A stretch of 64,000 bases of DNA, from NCBI GenBank assembly GCA_019683695.1, contig JADGHX010000002.1, positions 7,846 to 71,845 of the forward strand, given 5' to 3'. Both the position numbers and the translations under genes were made by a program. This DNA comes from Steroidobacteraceae bacterium. Its GTDB lineage: Bacteria > Pseudomonadota > Gammaproteobacteria > Steroidobacterales > Steroidobacteraceae. Each line of letters starts with the position of its first letter. The first letter of the stretch is position 1. Under the pieces are notes generated by a model. The model was not told where the DNA came from. It saw nothing but the letters and a program-made list of their open reading frames with translations, and did not search any database. Of this stretch, positions 56,152-64,000 are shown one piece after another.

Positions 56152-58056
56152 ATGGCCGGCCTGCCCGACAAGTACCCGCTGCTCGCGGGCATCAACTCAC
56201 CGAAGGATCTGAGGCGCTTGCGGGTCGCGGAGCTGCCGAGGCTGGCCGCCGAGCTGCGCGAGTTCCTCATCCACAACGTCGCCACCCGGGGCGGACACTT
56301 CGCGGCGGGGCTGGGCACGGTCGAGCTGACCGTGGCGCTCCATTACGTGTACGACACCCCGGAAGATCGCATCGTCTGGGACGTGGGCCATCAGGCGTAC
56401 CCGCACAAGGTGCTCACCGGGCGGCGCGATCAGCTCCACACCATCAAGCAGAAGGGTGGGCTCGCCCCCTTCCCCACGCGCCACGAGAGCGAATACGACA
56501 CCTTCGGCGTGGGGCACTCCAGCACCTCCATCAGCGCAGCGCTCGGCATGGCGGTGGCGGCCGCGCAGCTCGGCAGGAAGCGCCGCGCGGTCGCCGTGAT
56601 CGGGGACGGCGCGATGACCGCGGGCATGGCCTTCGAAGCCCTGAACCATGCCGGCTCGCTACCGAACGATCTGCTCGTCGTGCTGAACGACAACGACATG
56701 TCGATCTCGGAGAACGTCGGCGCGCTGTCGAACTACTTCGCGCGCGTGCTCTCCGGCCCCGTGTACGCGCATCTGCGCGAGGGGGGCAAGCGGATGCTGA
56801 AGCCCATGCCGACGGTGCTGGAGCTGGCCCGCCGCTCCGAGGAGCACATGAAGGGCATGGTGCTCGCGGGCACGCTCTTCGAGGAGATGGGCTTCAACTA
56901 CATCGGCCCGGTCGACGGGCACGACGTGAAGGCGCTCGTCACCACGCTGCGCAACGTGCGCAAGCTCAAGGGGCCGCAACTGCTGCACGTGGTCACGCGC
57001 AAGGGCAAGGGCTATCCGCCCGCCGAGGCGGACCCGATCAAGTGGCACGGGCCCGGGCCGTTCGATCCGGTGAGCGGCACCATCTTCAAGGAAAAGAGCA
57101 CGGGTCCCTCGTATTCGCAGATCTTCGGCCAGTGGATGTGCGACATCGCCGAGCGCGATCCGCTCATCATCGGCATCACGCCCGCGATGCGCGAGGGCTC
57201 CGGGCTCGTTGAATTCTCCAAGCGGTTCCCGGAACGCTACTTCGATGTCGCCATCGCCGAGCAGCACGCGGTTACCTTCGCGGCGGGACTTGCGGCGGAA
57301 GGGCTGAAGCCCGTCGTCGCGATCTACTCCACGTTCCTGCAGCGTGCGTACGATCAGCTCATTCACGACGTGGCCCTGCAGAATCTGCCGGTCGTGTTCG
57401 CGATCGATCGCGCCGGGCTCGTCGGCAGTGATGGCGCCACACATCAGGGCAGCTTCGATCTCAGCTATCTGCGCTGCATTCCGAATCTGACGGTGATGGC
57501 TCCGGCGGACGAAAACGAATGCCGCCAGATGCTGTACACCGCAAGCCTGCTGCCCGGCCCGTCCGCGGTCCGCTATCCGCGCGGCACGGGGCCTGGCGTT
57601 CCCATCGAGCAGGAGATGACCGCCCTGCCGGTCGGGCGCGGTGAGATCCGGCGCGAAGGTCGCAGTGGTCTCGCCTTGCTCGCATTCGGCCCACTGGTGG
57701 AGCCGGCACAGCGTGTGGCGGAGCGGCTCGATGCCACGGTCGTGAACATGCGGTTCATCAAGCCGCTGGATGAAGAGCTCGTGCTCAAGATCGCCGGGCG
57801 ACATCGCGCCATCGTCACGCTCGAGGAGAACGCGACAGCCGGCGGTGCGGGCTCGGCCATTGGCGAGCTGCTCGCGGCAGAAGGCATCACCCTGCCGATT
57901 CTGCATATCGGTATTCCGGATCGTTTCATCGAGCACGGCTCGCGCGAGGAGTGTCTCGCCGCCGCGGGGCTGGACTTTGCGAGCATTTCGGGCTCGGTGG
58001 AGCGCTGGTGGGCACTGCAATCACCGGATCTGGCCCGCGCAGCGCGCGAGGCGTAG
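56152..58056 (+). CDS. dxs: 1-deoxy-D-xylulose-5-phosphate synthase
   Basis: [23 protein letters not shown]..., [28 protein letters not shown], the TPP motif [15 protein letters not shown] and [15 protein letters not shown] are seen. The track start GTG 56134 is an alternative. Confidence 0.95.
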   Translation: MAGLPDKYPLLAGINSPKDLRRLRVAELPRLAAELREFLIHNVATRGGHFAAGLGTVELTVALHYVYDTPEDRIVWDVGHQAYPHKVLTGRRDQLHTIKQKGGLAPFPTRHESEYDTFGVGHSSTSISAALGMAVAAAQLGRKRRAVAVIGDGAMTAGMAFEALNHAGSLPNDLLVVLNDNDMSISENVGALSNYFARVLSGPVYAHLREGGKRMLKPMPTVLELARRSEEHMKGMVLAGTLFEEMGFNYIGPVDGHDVKALVTTLRNVRKLKGPQLLHVVTRKGKGYPPAEADPIKWHGPGPFDPVSGTIFKEKSTGPSYSQIFGQWMCDIAERDPLIIGITPAMREGSGLVEFSKRFPERYFDVAIAEQHAVTFAAGLAAEGLKPVVAIYSTFLQRAYDQLIHDVALQNLPVVFAIDRAGLVGSDGATHQGSFDLSYLRCIPNLTVMAPADENECRQMLYTASLLPGPSAVRYPRGTGPGVPIEQEMTALPVGRGEIRREGRSGLALLAFGPLVEPAQRVAERLDATVVNMRFIKPLDEELVLKIAGRHRAIVTLEENATAGGAGSAIGELLAAEGITLPILHIGIPDRFIEHGSREECLAAAGLDFASISGSVERWWALQSPDLARAAREA

Positions 58057-58260
58057 CCCCGCGGCAGCGGCGTTTTGCGGGAACCTCCGGTCGAGCGGCC
58101 GCATCAGTCGTTCCGGACGAAGCGGCCGGCAGATGGGCGAGGCCTCTCCCGAAAGCGGGTTGAAGCGATGGTGTGAGGCCACTACATTGCCCGGACGCCT
58201 TCTTTCCGGCGGCGGCGCCCACCTGCCGCCACCCACACACGCATCGAGGCTTGCACGTTC

Positions 58261-59085
58261 ATGACCGACATCGCCACCCTCAAGACCCACCGGCCACAGA
58301 TCGCCGAAGTGGAAGACGTGCAGAGCCGCGCCGACACGCGCCGCATCCCGATCAATCGCGTCGGCATCAAGGAAATTTCGCATCCCGTGCGCGTGAAGGA
58401 TCGCTCGGCGGGCGAGCAGCACACCATCGCCCGCTTCAACATGTACGTGAACCTGCCGCACAACTTCAAAGGCACGCACATGTCGCGCTTCGTGGAAGTG
58501 TTGCACGGCGAGCGCGAGATCTCGGTGGAATCCTTTCGCGGCATGCTCGAGAAGATGACGGCTCGCCTGGAAGCCGATGCCGGTCACATCGAGATGAGCT
58601 TCCCCTTCTTCGTCATGAAGAAGGCGCCTGTGTCGGGCGTGGAGAGCCTCATGGACTACCACGCGAGCCTCATCGGTGAGCGCAAGAACGGCCACACCGA
58701 GATGTGGATCCAGGTGGTGGTGCCGGTGACGAGCCTGTGCCCCTGCTCGAAAAGGATCTCGGATTACGGCGCACACAACCAGCGCTCGCATGTCACCATC
58801 AAGGCCAAGCTCCGCCGCCACATCTGGATCGAGGAGCTCATCCGCGTGGCCGAGACCGAGGCCTCGTGCGAGCTCTACGGCATCCTGAAGCGCCCGGACG
58901 AGAAGTACGTCACCGAGCGCGCCTACGACAATCCCAAGTTCGTGGAAGATCTCGTGCGTGATGTGGCACAGCGTCTGAACGAGGACGACCGCATCGCCGC
59001 CTACGTGGTCGAAGCCGAGAACTTCGAATCCATCCACAACCACTCGGCGTACGCCCTCATCGAGCGCGACAAGGACGCAGGCTGA
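58261..59085 (+). CDS. folE2: GTP cyclohydrolase FolE2 (type IB)
   Basis: [47 protein letters not shown] and [13 protein letters not shown] are seen. Confidence 0.9.
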   Translation: MTDIATLKTHRPQIAEVEDVQSRADTRRIPINRVGIKEISHPVRVKDRSAGEQHTIARFNMYVNLPHNFKGTHMSRFVEVLHGEREISVESFRGMLEKMTARLEADAGHIEMSFPFFVMKKAPVSGVESLMDYHASLIGERKNGHTEMWIQVVVPVTSLCPCSKRISDYGAHNQRSHVTIKAKLRRHIWIEELIRVAETEASCELYGILKRPDEKYVTERAYDNPKFVEDLVRDVAQRLNEDDRIAAYVVEAENFESIHNHSAYALIERDKDAG

Positions 59086-59118
59086 GGCGTTTGATCCGCG
59101 ACGACGCGCGGATACGCC
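59086..59118. terminator. hairpin between convergent folE2 and vapC
   Basis: The structure is GGCGT-ttg-ATCCGCG-acgacg-CGCGGAT-ACGCC followed by TT. The inner 7-bp stem is at 59094-59100/59107-59113. Confidence 0.4.
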
Positions 59119-59119
59119 T

Positions 59120-59536
59120 TCAGGAGAACGGATTCAGAAGACGAACGCCCGTGGGCTCGAAATGCGCGGTATTGCGTGTGACGACCGTGAGGTCGTGCAG
59201 CAGCGCGGTGGCGGCAATCTGCTTGTCCAGCGGGTTTTCCGGGTTCGGCACGCGCAGGCGGCCCCACACGTGCGCGGCGTCTTCATCGAACGGCAGGATC
59301 GCATCCGCATAGTCGTTCATGAGCCGGGTGAGCCATCGCGCGAGCCGCTCCGCCTGTAGCCGGTCTCCGCGGCGGCGGATGTTCTCCAGACCCTGGCGCA
59401 GCTCCCCGACCGTGACCACGGACAGGTAAACCGGCACGTCATCACGCGCCGCATCCCGGAAGAACGCGCGAACGCCTTCGTTTGCACTCGCGCCCTTGCG
59501 GGACTCGCTGATCACATCCGTGTCGACGAGGAACAT
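59120..59536 (-). CDS. vapC: PIN-domain type II toxin (VapC/FitB-like)
   Basis: ATG 59536 gives MFLVDTDVISESRKG...VYLSVVTVGELRQG...ILPFDEDAAHVWGRL...DKQIAATALLHDLTVVTRNTAHF. The acidic PIN residues (D5, E43, D...) are in place. Confidence 0.85.
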   Translation of the reverse strand: MFLVDTDVISESRKGASANEGVRAFFRDAARDDVPVYLSVVTVGELRQGLENIRRRGDRLQAERLARWLTRLMNDYADAILPFDEDAAHVWGRLRVPNPENPLDKQIAATALLHDLTVVTRNTAHFEPTGVRLLNPFS

Positions 59537-59537
59537 G

Positions 59538-59759
59538 TCAGCCGCGACGATCGGTTTGCTGACGCGCGAAATCCTCATCCCGCCCCACATCGGGCATGGC
59601 GGCGAGCACCTCCGCAAGCGGCCGCCGGCGCGGGCCGCGCAGCGCGGCACGGAGGATCTCCCGATGCTCCTGCTCGGCACTTCGATTGTTCTTGGCAGCA
59701 CGCAGCTTCAGCGCCATGACCAGTTCCTCCGGAACATTTCGAACCACCAACTGAGCCAT
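59538..59759 (-). CDS. vapB: ribbon-helix-helix (Arc/FitA-like) antitoxin
   Basis: ATG 59759 gives MAQLVVRNVPEELVMALKLRAAKNNRSAEQEHREILRAAL, an RHH fold pattern. Its stop lies 1 nt before the vapC ATG. Confidence 0.8.
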   Translation of the reverse strand: MAQLVVRNVPEELVMALKLRAAKNNRSAEQEHREILRAALRGPRRRPLAEVLAAMPDVGRDEDFARQQTDRRG

Positions 59760-59787
59760 TTCCGATGTCCGCACGCCGACTCCAACG

Positions 59788-59840
59788 ATGCTATCAATGC
59801 TAGCAATGCGCGAACCCGCGATGCAAGCAATGCAAGCATG
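59788..59840. promoter_or_regulatory. repeat-rich candidate vapBC operator/promoter
   Basis: The sequence is gATGCtatcAATGCtagcAATGCgcgaacccgcgATGCaagcAATGCaagcATG, with a 9-nt-spaced (A)ATGC motif and the palindrome TGCTAGCA. It lies 30-80 nt upstream of vapB and is locally AT-richer. Confidence 0.4.
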
Positions 59841-59890
59841 TGGTGTGGCGTGCCGCGGACGGCCGGGCACCGGCGCGTCTGCCGGCGCTC

Positions 59891-59911
59891 GAGCACCCCT
59901 GAGGGGTGCTC
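59891..59911. other. perfect 9-bp hairpin GAGCACCCC-tga-GGGGTGCTC
   Basis: Read directly. It lies 120 nt downstream of the kinase gene stop (60032) on the minus strand and has no U-tract. It may be a terminator or a REP-like element. Confidence 0.3.
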
Positions 59912-60031
59912 CGCGCACGAAGAGGATGATGCTGAAGCGCGCTGCCGCCCGCAGCACGCATTCGTGTTGGAAACGCGCAGAAATCCGGTGGCGCGAAAGC
60001 GCCAGAAAGAGAACGCCGGGTGGATCTGCCT

Positions 60032-61336
60032 TCAGCTGGCCGTCTGATCCCCGTTCTGCAACCGCGCGATGAGCGTGCGCAGAAACACGCGATTGAAACG
60101 CAGCTGGCAGGACGCGGACACCTGCTCCAGCAGCGTCGAGCTCACCTTGAGCACGGTGACGGGTGTGCTCGCGCGGATGGTGGCCGTGCGCTTCGCACCG
60201 GGCACGTAGCTCGCCTCGCCAAAGCAGTCGCCCGACTCGAGCATGCCGAGCCTCGAGCCATGGCGCTCGACCGCGCAGTATCCGGACACGATGATATAGA
60301 ACCGATCGTCCATCTCGCCTTCCTTGACGATCTCCTCGCCCGGCGCGTAGTCCTGCCACTGGCTCGCGCGCAGCACTTCCCAGATCTCCGCGTGCGAGAA
60401 GTCGTGGAAGAACTTCAGCCGGCGCAGCACCCCGAACTGCTCCTGCTGATCGATGCGCGAGTTCTGCTCGCGCAGCTTCTGATGGCAGCGGGTGAGCGCG
60501 GCCGCGAAATCGAGGCCGGTCTTGAAGCGCTTGTTAGGGTCCTTCTGCAGGGCCGTGGCGACGACGTTCTCGAGATCCTCCGGGATCTCCTTGCGCAACG
60601 TGTGGATCGGCGGTGGCGTCGCGTAGACGATCTGGTGCAGCAGCTTCTGCAGGTTGCCCGCCCGGAACGGGCGGCCCCCGGTGAGCAGCTCGTACATCAC
60701 GGCGCCGAGCGAATAGAGGTCGGAGCTGTTCGTGAGCTCGAAGCTCTGCACCTGCTCCGGCGACATGTACGAGGGGCTGCCCGCAATGCCCTCGATGCGC
60801 GAGATGTCCGAATCCCGCACGAGCGCAATGCCGAAGTCGATGATGCGCACGTCGCTATCCTGCGTGAGCATGATGTTCGACGGCTTGATGTCGCGATGGA
60901 TCACGCCCCGCGAGTGCGCGTAGTGCAGCGCCTTGGCGCACTTGTAGATGATCTCCACCGTGTCATCGATGCGCAGCAGGTTGTCCGGCCGGCAGTACGC
61001 CGCGAGCGTGCGCGCGCCGTGCACGTGTTCCGTCACGATGTAGCAGTGGCCGTTCTCCTCGCCCGCGTCGTAGATCGGCAGGATGTGCGGGTGCTGGAGC
61101 ATGCCCACGAGGTGCGCTTCCGACAGGAACATCTTGCGCGCGATGCGGGCCTTCTCCTCGTCCCCGCCGGCATCCATGTTGTAGACCTTGATCGCCACGT
61201 CGCGCCCGTAATACGCGTCGTGCGACAGGTACACGACTCCCGTGCTGCCGCGGCCGACTTCATTCACGACCACGTACTTGCCGATCTTTTCGGGAATCTT
61301 GCGCGCGGGAGACGGCTTGGGGGCGAATACGGTCAT
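60032..61336 (-). CDS. Hanks-type Ser/Thr protein kinase fused to a C-terminal cyclic-nucleotide-binding domain
   Basis: Kinase motifs are GRGSTGVVY, VAIKV, HRDIKPSNIML, IDFGIA and GSPSYMSPEQ. The cNMP domain is LKFFHDFSHAEIWEVL...GEEIVKEGEMDDRFYIIVSG...GDCFGEASYVPGAKRTATIRA. The start is ATG 61336 or 61351. Confidence 0.85.
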   Translation of the reverse strand: MTVFAPKPSPARKIPEKIGKYVVVNEVGRGSTGVVYLSHDAYYGRDVAIKVYNMDAGGDEEKARIARKMFLSEAHLVGMLQHPHILPIYDAGEENGHCYIVTEHVHGARTLAAYCRPDNLLRIDDTVEIIYKCAKALHYAHSRGVIHRDIKPSNIMLTQDSDVRIIDFGIALVRDSDISRIEGIAGSPSYMSPEQVQSFELTNSSDLYSLGAVMYELLTGGRPFRAGNLQKLLHQIVYATPPPIHTLRKEIPEDLENVVATALQKDPNKRFKTGLDFAAALTRCHQKLREQNSRIDQQEQFGVLRRLKFFHDFSHAEIWEVLRASQWQDYAPGEEIVKEGEMDDRFYIIVSGYCAVERHGSRLGMLESGDCFGEASYVPGAKRTATIRASTPVTVLKVSSTLLEQVSASCQLRFNRVFLRTLIARLQNGDQTAS

Positions 61337-61477
61337 GTGCGCTGGGGGCATCCGGTGAACGGGCCGCAGGATACGTTCGCCGCACCGCGCCGACTGTGAT
61401 GCGCACCTCAAGCGCCAAGCGGGTGCGAAGCCTATCCAATGCGCGCCGCGCGCCGGCGGCGCGGGCCGAGCCGATCT

Positions 61478-62449
61478 TTAGCGCGCGAAGTGGTCGAATC
61501 CGGAATGCGAGACATCCATCACAGTCCCGCCCCGAAGAACCACACTGCCAGGCTCCGAACGCAGCACGCCGATGCGACGATAGTTCCACTGCCCAGGCGG
61601 CAGCTCGCGCGTGAGGCGGTCCACCTTTTCCGGGCGCACAGCGAAGCACAGCTCGTAGTCGTCGCCGCCCGTGAGCGCAAGCTCCCGCGCCCGTGCGTCG
61701 CCGACGGCGGATACCAGGTGCGAAGAGACGGGCACGTGCTCGAAGTCGATGACGACTCCACATCGGCTCGCCTCCGCAAGCTTGCCCGCGTCGCCGAGCA
61801 GACCATCGGACACATCGATGCACGCGCTCGCGTACTCGCGAAGCTTGATGCCCAGCTCGATGCGAGGCGTCGGGTACAGGAACCGTCCGCGTAACCATGC
61901 CGCGGCATCTTCCGTGAGCCCCGACAGCTCGCCCTTCTCGAGCGCGAGGCCCGCCGCCGCATCACCCGGCGTTCCGGTGACGAACAGCACGTCGCCCGGC
62001 AGCCCGCCCGAGCGCAGCATCGCCGGCGGCTTCGGCGCATACCCGAGCACCTGCACGGTGATGCAGAGCGGCCCCGAGGTCGTATCTCCGCCCACGAGCG
62101 CCACGTTGTGCTTGCGGGCGAGCGCGCCGAGGCCGGACGTGAAGGCCTCCAGCCACGTCTCATCCACACCCGGAAGCGTGAGCCCGAGCAACGCCCACGC
62201 GGGCTGCGCGCCCATCGCCGCAATGTCGCTGAGATTCACGGCGAGCGCGCGATGCCCGACGGATGAGGCGGGAGAGTGCGGCAGGAAGTGCACGCCGGAA
62301 ACGAGAGTATCCAGCGCGGCAACGAGCTGCATGCCGGGCGGCACGTCGATGAGCGACGCGTCGTCGCCCACGCCAAGCGGCACATCGCTGCGCCGTGCCC
62401 CGCACTCGCGGAAGTAACGCTCGATCAACGCGCGCTCAGTCAGCGCCAA
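61478..62449 (-). CDS. thiL: thiamine-phosphate kinase
   Basis: GVGDDASL, AALDTLVSGVHF, GHRALAVNLSDIAAMGA, LVGGDTT and DVSDGL are seen. Confidence 0.92.
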   Translation of the reverse strand: MALTERALIERYFRECGARRSDVPLGVGDDASLIDVPPGMQLVAALDTLVSGVHFLPHSPASSVGHRALAVNLSDIAAMGAQPAWALLGLTLPGVDETWLEAFTSGLGALARKHNVALVGGDTTSGPLCITVQVLGYAPKPPAMLRSGGLPGDVLFVTGTPGDAAAGLALEKGELSGLTEDAAAWLRGRFLYPTPRIELGIKLREYASACIDVSDGLLGDAGKLAEASRCGVVIDFEHVPVSSHLVSAVGDARARELALTGGDDYELCFAVRPEKVDRLTRELPPGQWNYRRIGVLRSEPGSVVLRGGTVMDVSHSGFDHFAR

Positions 62450-62477
62450 TCGCCCCTCCCCGCTCGATCACGGCGGC

Positions 62478-62942
62478 TCAATGCTCGTGGGGCCGCAGGG
62501 CCCGCGCCGCCCGATCGAGCACGGCATTGACGAACTTGTGTCCGTCGGTGGCGCCGAAGCGCTTCGCCAGCCCGACGCCCTCGTTGATCACCACGCGATA
62601 GGGCACCTCGATGCGGGACTTCAGCTCGAACGTGCCGATCAGAAGCACGGCATGCTCTATCGGATCGAGCAGTGAAGGATCCCGATCCATCCACTGCGCA
62701 AGCTGCGCGTCGAGCTCCGTCCGTGTGGTGTGCACGCCCTGCACCAGCTCGCGGAAGTACTCGCTGTCCGCGCGGTCCATGCCCTCCTCGGTCGCGAATT
62801 CCTGGATGAGGTCTTGCCACGGGCACTCGTTCAGCTGCAGGCGATAGAGCGCTTGCATGGCGAGCTTGCGGGCCAGTGAACGGGCCCCTGATGCGAACCG
62901 CGCCGACTGCTGCGTCGACGAACGAGAGGACTCAGACGGCAT
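62478..62942 (-). CDS. nusB: transcription antitermination factor NusB
   Basis: ARKLAMQALYRLQLNE..., LLDPIEHAVLLIGTFEL and VVINEGVGLAKRFGATDGHKFVNAVLD are seen. Confidence 0.93.
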   Translation of the reverse strand: MPSESSRSSTQQSARFASGARSLARKLAMQALYRLQLNECPWQDLIQEFATEEGMDRADSEYFRELVQGVHTTRTELDAQLAQWMDRDPSLLDPIEHAVLLIGTFELKSRIEVPYRVVINEGVGLAKRFGATDGHKFVNAVLDRAARALRPHEH

Positions 62943-63429
62943 GCCCCTCGCTCCGCGACTTCAGTTGTGCAAGCAGGTCCGCCATCTCCAGGGCGCACTC
63001 CATGGCTTCGCCCCCTTTGTTGCTGCCACCGGGGGCGGCGCGTTGGAGCGCCTGCTCCACGGTCTCGGTGGTGAGCACGCCGAAGGCCACCGGAACACCG
63101 GTCTGAATGCTCACGTCCTGCAGCCCCCGCGCGCATTCGCCGGCAACGTAGTCGAAATGCGCCGTCTCACCGCGAATGACACAACCGAGCGCAACGATGG
63201 CGTCGTACTGGCCGCTGCGCGCGAGCTGCGCGGCTACCACCGGCAACTCGAACGCGCCCGGAACGCGCGCCACAAGCAGATCTGCCTCCGCGCCACCGTG
63301 CTTCACCCATGCGCCAATGGCGCCCTTCAGCAGACCCGACACCACGAAATCGTTGAAGCGCGACGCGATCACCGCCACGCGCCGGCGCCCCACTGGCAGG
63401 GCACCCTGAATCACCTGTGTACCGCTCAT
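62932..63429 (-). CDS. ribH: 6,7-dimethyl-8-ribityllumazine synthase
   Basis: VAVIASRFNDFV, VPGAFELP, DAIVALGCVIRGETAHFDYV and VAFGVLTTE are seen. Confidence 0.95.
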   Translation of the reverse strand: MSGTQVIQGALPVGRRRVAVIASRFNDFVVSGLLKGAIGAWVKHGGAEADLLVARVPGAFELPVVAAQLARSGQYDAIVALGCVIRGETAHFDYVAGECARGLQDVSIQTGVPVAFGVLTTETVEQALQRAAPGGSNKGGEAMECALEMADLLAQLKSRSEGHAV

Positions 63430-64000
63430 GAGCCTTCGCCGACGTACGCCTCGATCTCCAGCCCGAATGCCGAGATGCCGTGCATCTGCTTCGGCGCGGA
63501 CAGCACGCGCATGCGACTCACGCCGAGATCCTTGAGGATCTGGGCGCCGAGCCCGTACGTGCGAAGCACCTGCCCTCCCGCGCCCACAGGAGGCGTTGAA
63601 TGCGCGGCCGCGCGAGCGGTGCCGTGCGAGGACGCTGCAGCCGCGCCCGATGACCCCGCAGCAGCGGCACGGGCGGGCGCCGGCTCAGTGCCTTTTGCTG
63701 TGCTGGGCCCCAGTGCACGCAGCGCCTCGTGCAGGTCTGAAGAGGCTTCCTGCTCACGCAGGACGACCAGCACGCCGTTGCCTGCCTGAGCGATGCGTTC
63801 CATCGCGGCGCGCAACGTCCAGGCATTCGAGTCTGTGCGCACGCCCAGAAGATCGCGCAAGGTGTCGGCAACATGCACGCGTACGAGCGGAGACTGGTCC
63901 TTGCTCTGCAGGTCGCCATGCACGAGCGCAATGTGCGTGCCGTGATGGACCCTGTCCTCATATGCATACAAGCGGAACTGGCCGAGATCCGTCTGGACGG
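63426..64000 (-). CDS. ribBA: bifunctional DHBP synthase / GTP cyclohydrolase II-like protein, C-terminal part only (5' end beyond window)
   Basis: The open frame runs to the window edge. FRLYAYEDRVHHGTHIALVHGDL...PLVRVHVADTLRDLLG...LRTYGLGAQILKDLGVSRMRVLS...GFGLEI is the GCHII-like domain of RibBA. It carries an Ala/Gly-rich insertion. Confidence 0.8.
   Translation of the reverse strand, partial: VQTDLGQFRLYAYEDRVHHGTHIALVHGDLQSKDQSPLVRVHVADTLRDLLGVRTDSNAWTLRAAMERIAQAGNGVLVVLREQEASSDLHEALRALGPSTAKGTEPAPARAAAAGSSGAAAASSHGTARAAAHSTPPVGAGGQVLRTYGLGAQILKDLGVSRMRVLSAPKQMHGISAFGLEIEAYVGEGS

Noticed and set aside
58057-58260. A Zur box or riboswitch upstream of folE2. FolE2 is often Zn-regulated as the zinc-independent isozyme.
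   Set aside because: The 204-nt leader is uniformly GC-rich. I see no AT-rich palindrome of the Zur/Fur type and cannot recognise any known riboswitch core.
1-64000. CRISPR arrays, retron-like ncRNA/RT, and integrons or other large repeat arrays.
   Set aside because: Reading through the intergenic regions, I found only the short repeats already listed (the 14-bp x2 duplication, the ATGC phased repeats and the coding repeats). There are no regularly spaced direct repeats with unique spacers, and no reverse transcriptase, Cas, integrase or transposase ORFs.

Overview
A visibly GC-rich bacterial chromosomal window (GC not computed). Gene order looks gammaproteobacterial (asd-fimV-truA-accD-folC-dedD-cvpA-purF; xseB-ispA-dxs; parE-parC; ribBA-ribH-nusB-thiL); that taxonomic reading is inference. 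About 55 protein genes and 5 tRNAs are supported. Most are core housekeeping: tig, cysS, gltX, lpxH, purF, folC, accD, truA, asd, aroC, prmB, psd, efp/epmA/epmB, parCE, dxs, folE2, riboflavin and thiamine genes. Many long ORFs in the track are antisense shadows of these genes. I found no CRISPR array, transposase, integrase or recognisable multi-gene defence island. Accessory or unusual content sits in small pockets. (1) 8.7-15.4 kb holds MarR divergent from a winged-helix ORF plus two paralogous 3-TM mini-proteins, a decayed zone with TPR and glutaredoxin remnants, DUF4242, a PIMT-erythromycin-esterase fusion, a Cys/Gly-tailed membrane protein, and higBA beside a tRNA cluster. (2) A Ser/Thr kinase is fused to a receiver domain whose phospho-acceptor Asp is replaced by Ser. 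(3) A degraded Fic N-terminal remnant lies next to a FimX-like gene. (4) A rubrerythrin / HdrD-like Fe-S / DUF3501 operon has palindromes in its control region. (5) vapBC sits next to a Ser/Thr kinase fused to a cNMP-binding domain. The best candidates for an undescribed system are the wHTH + twin 3-TM operon, the methyltransferase-esterase fusion, the Rbr-Hdr-DUF3501 operon and the Asp-to-Ser receiver-kinase. None can be proven novel from sequence alone. Family names are assigned from motif recognition and memory, not from searches.
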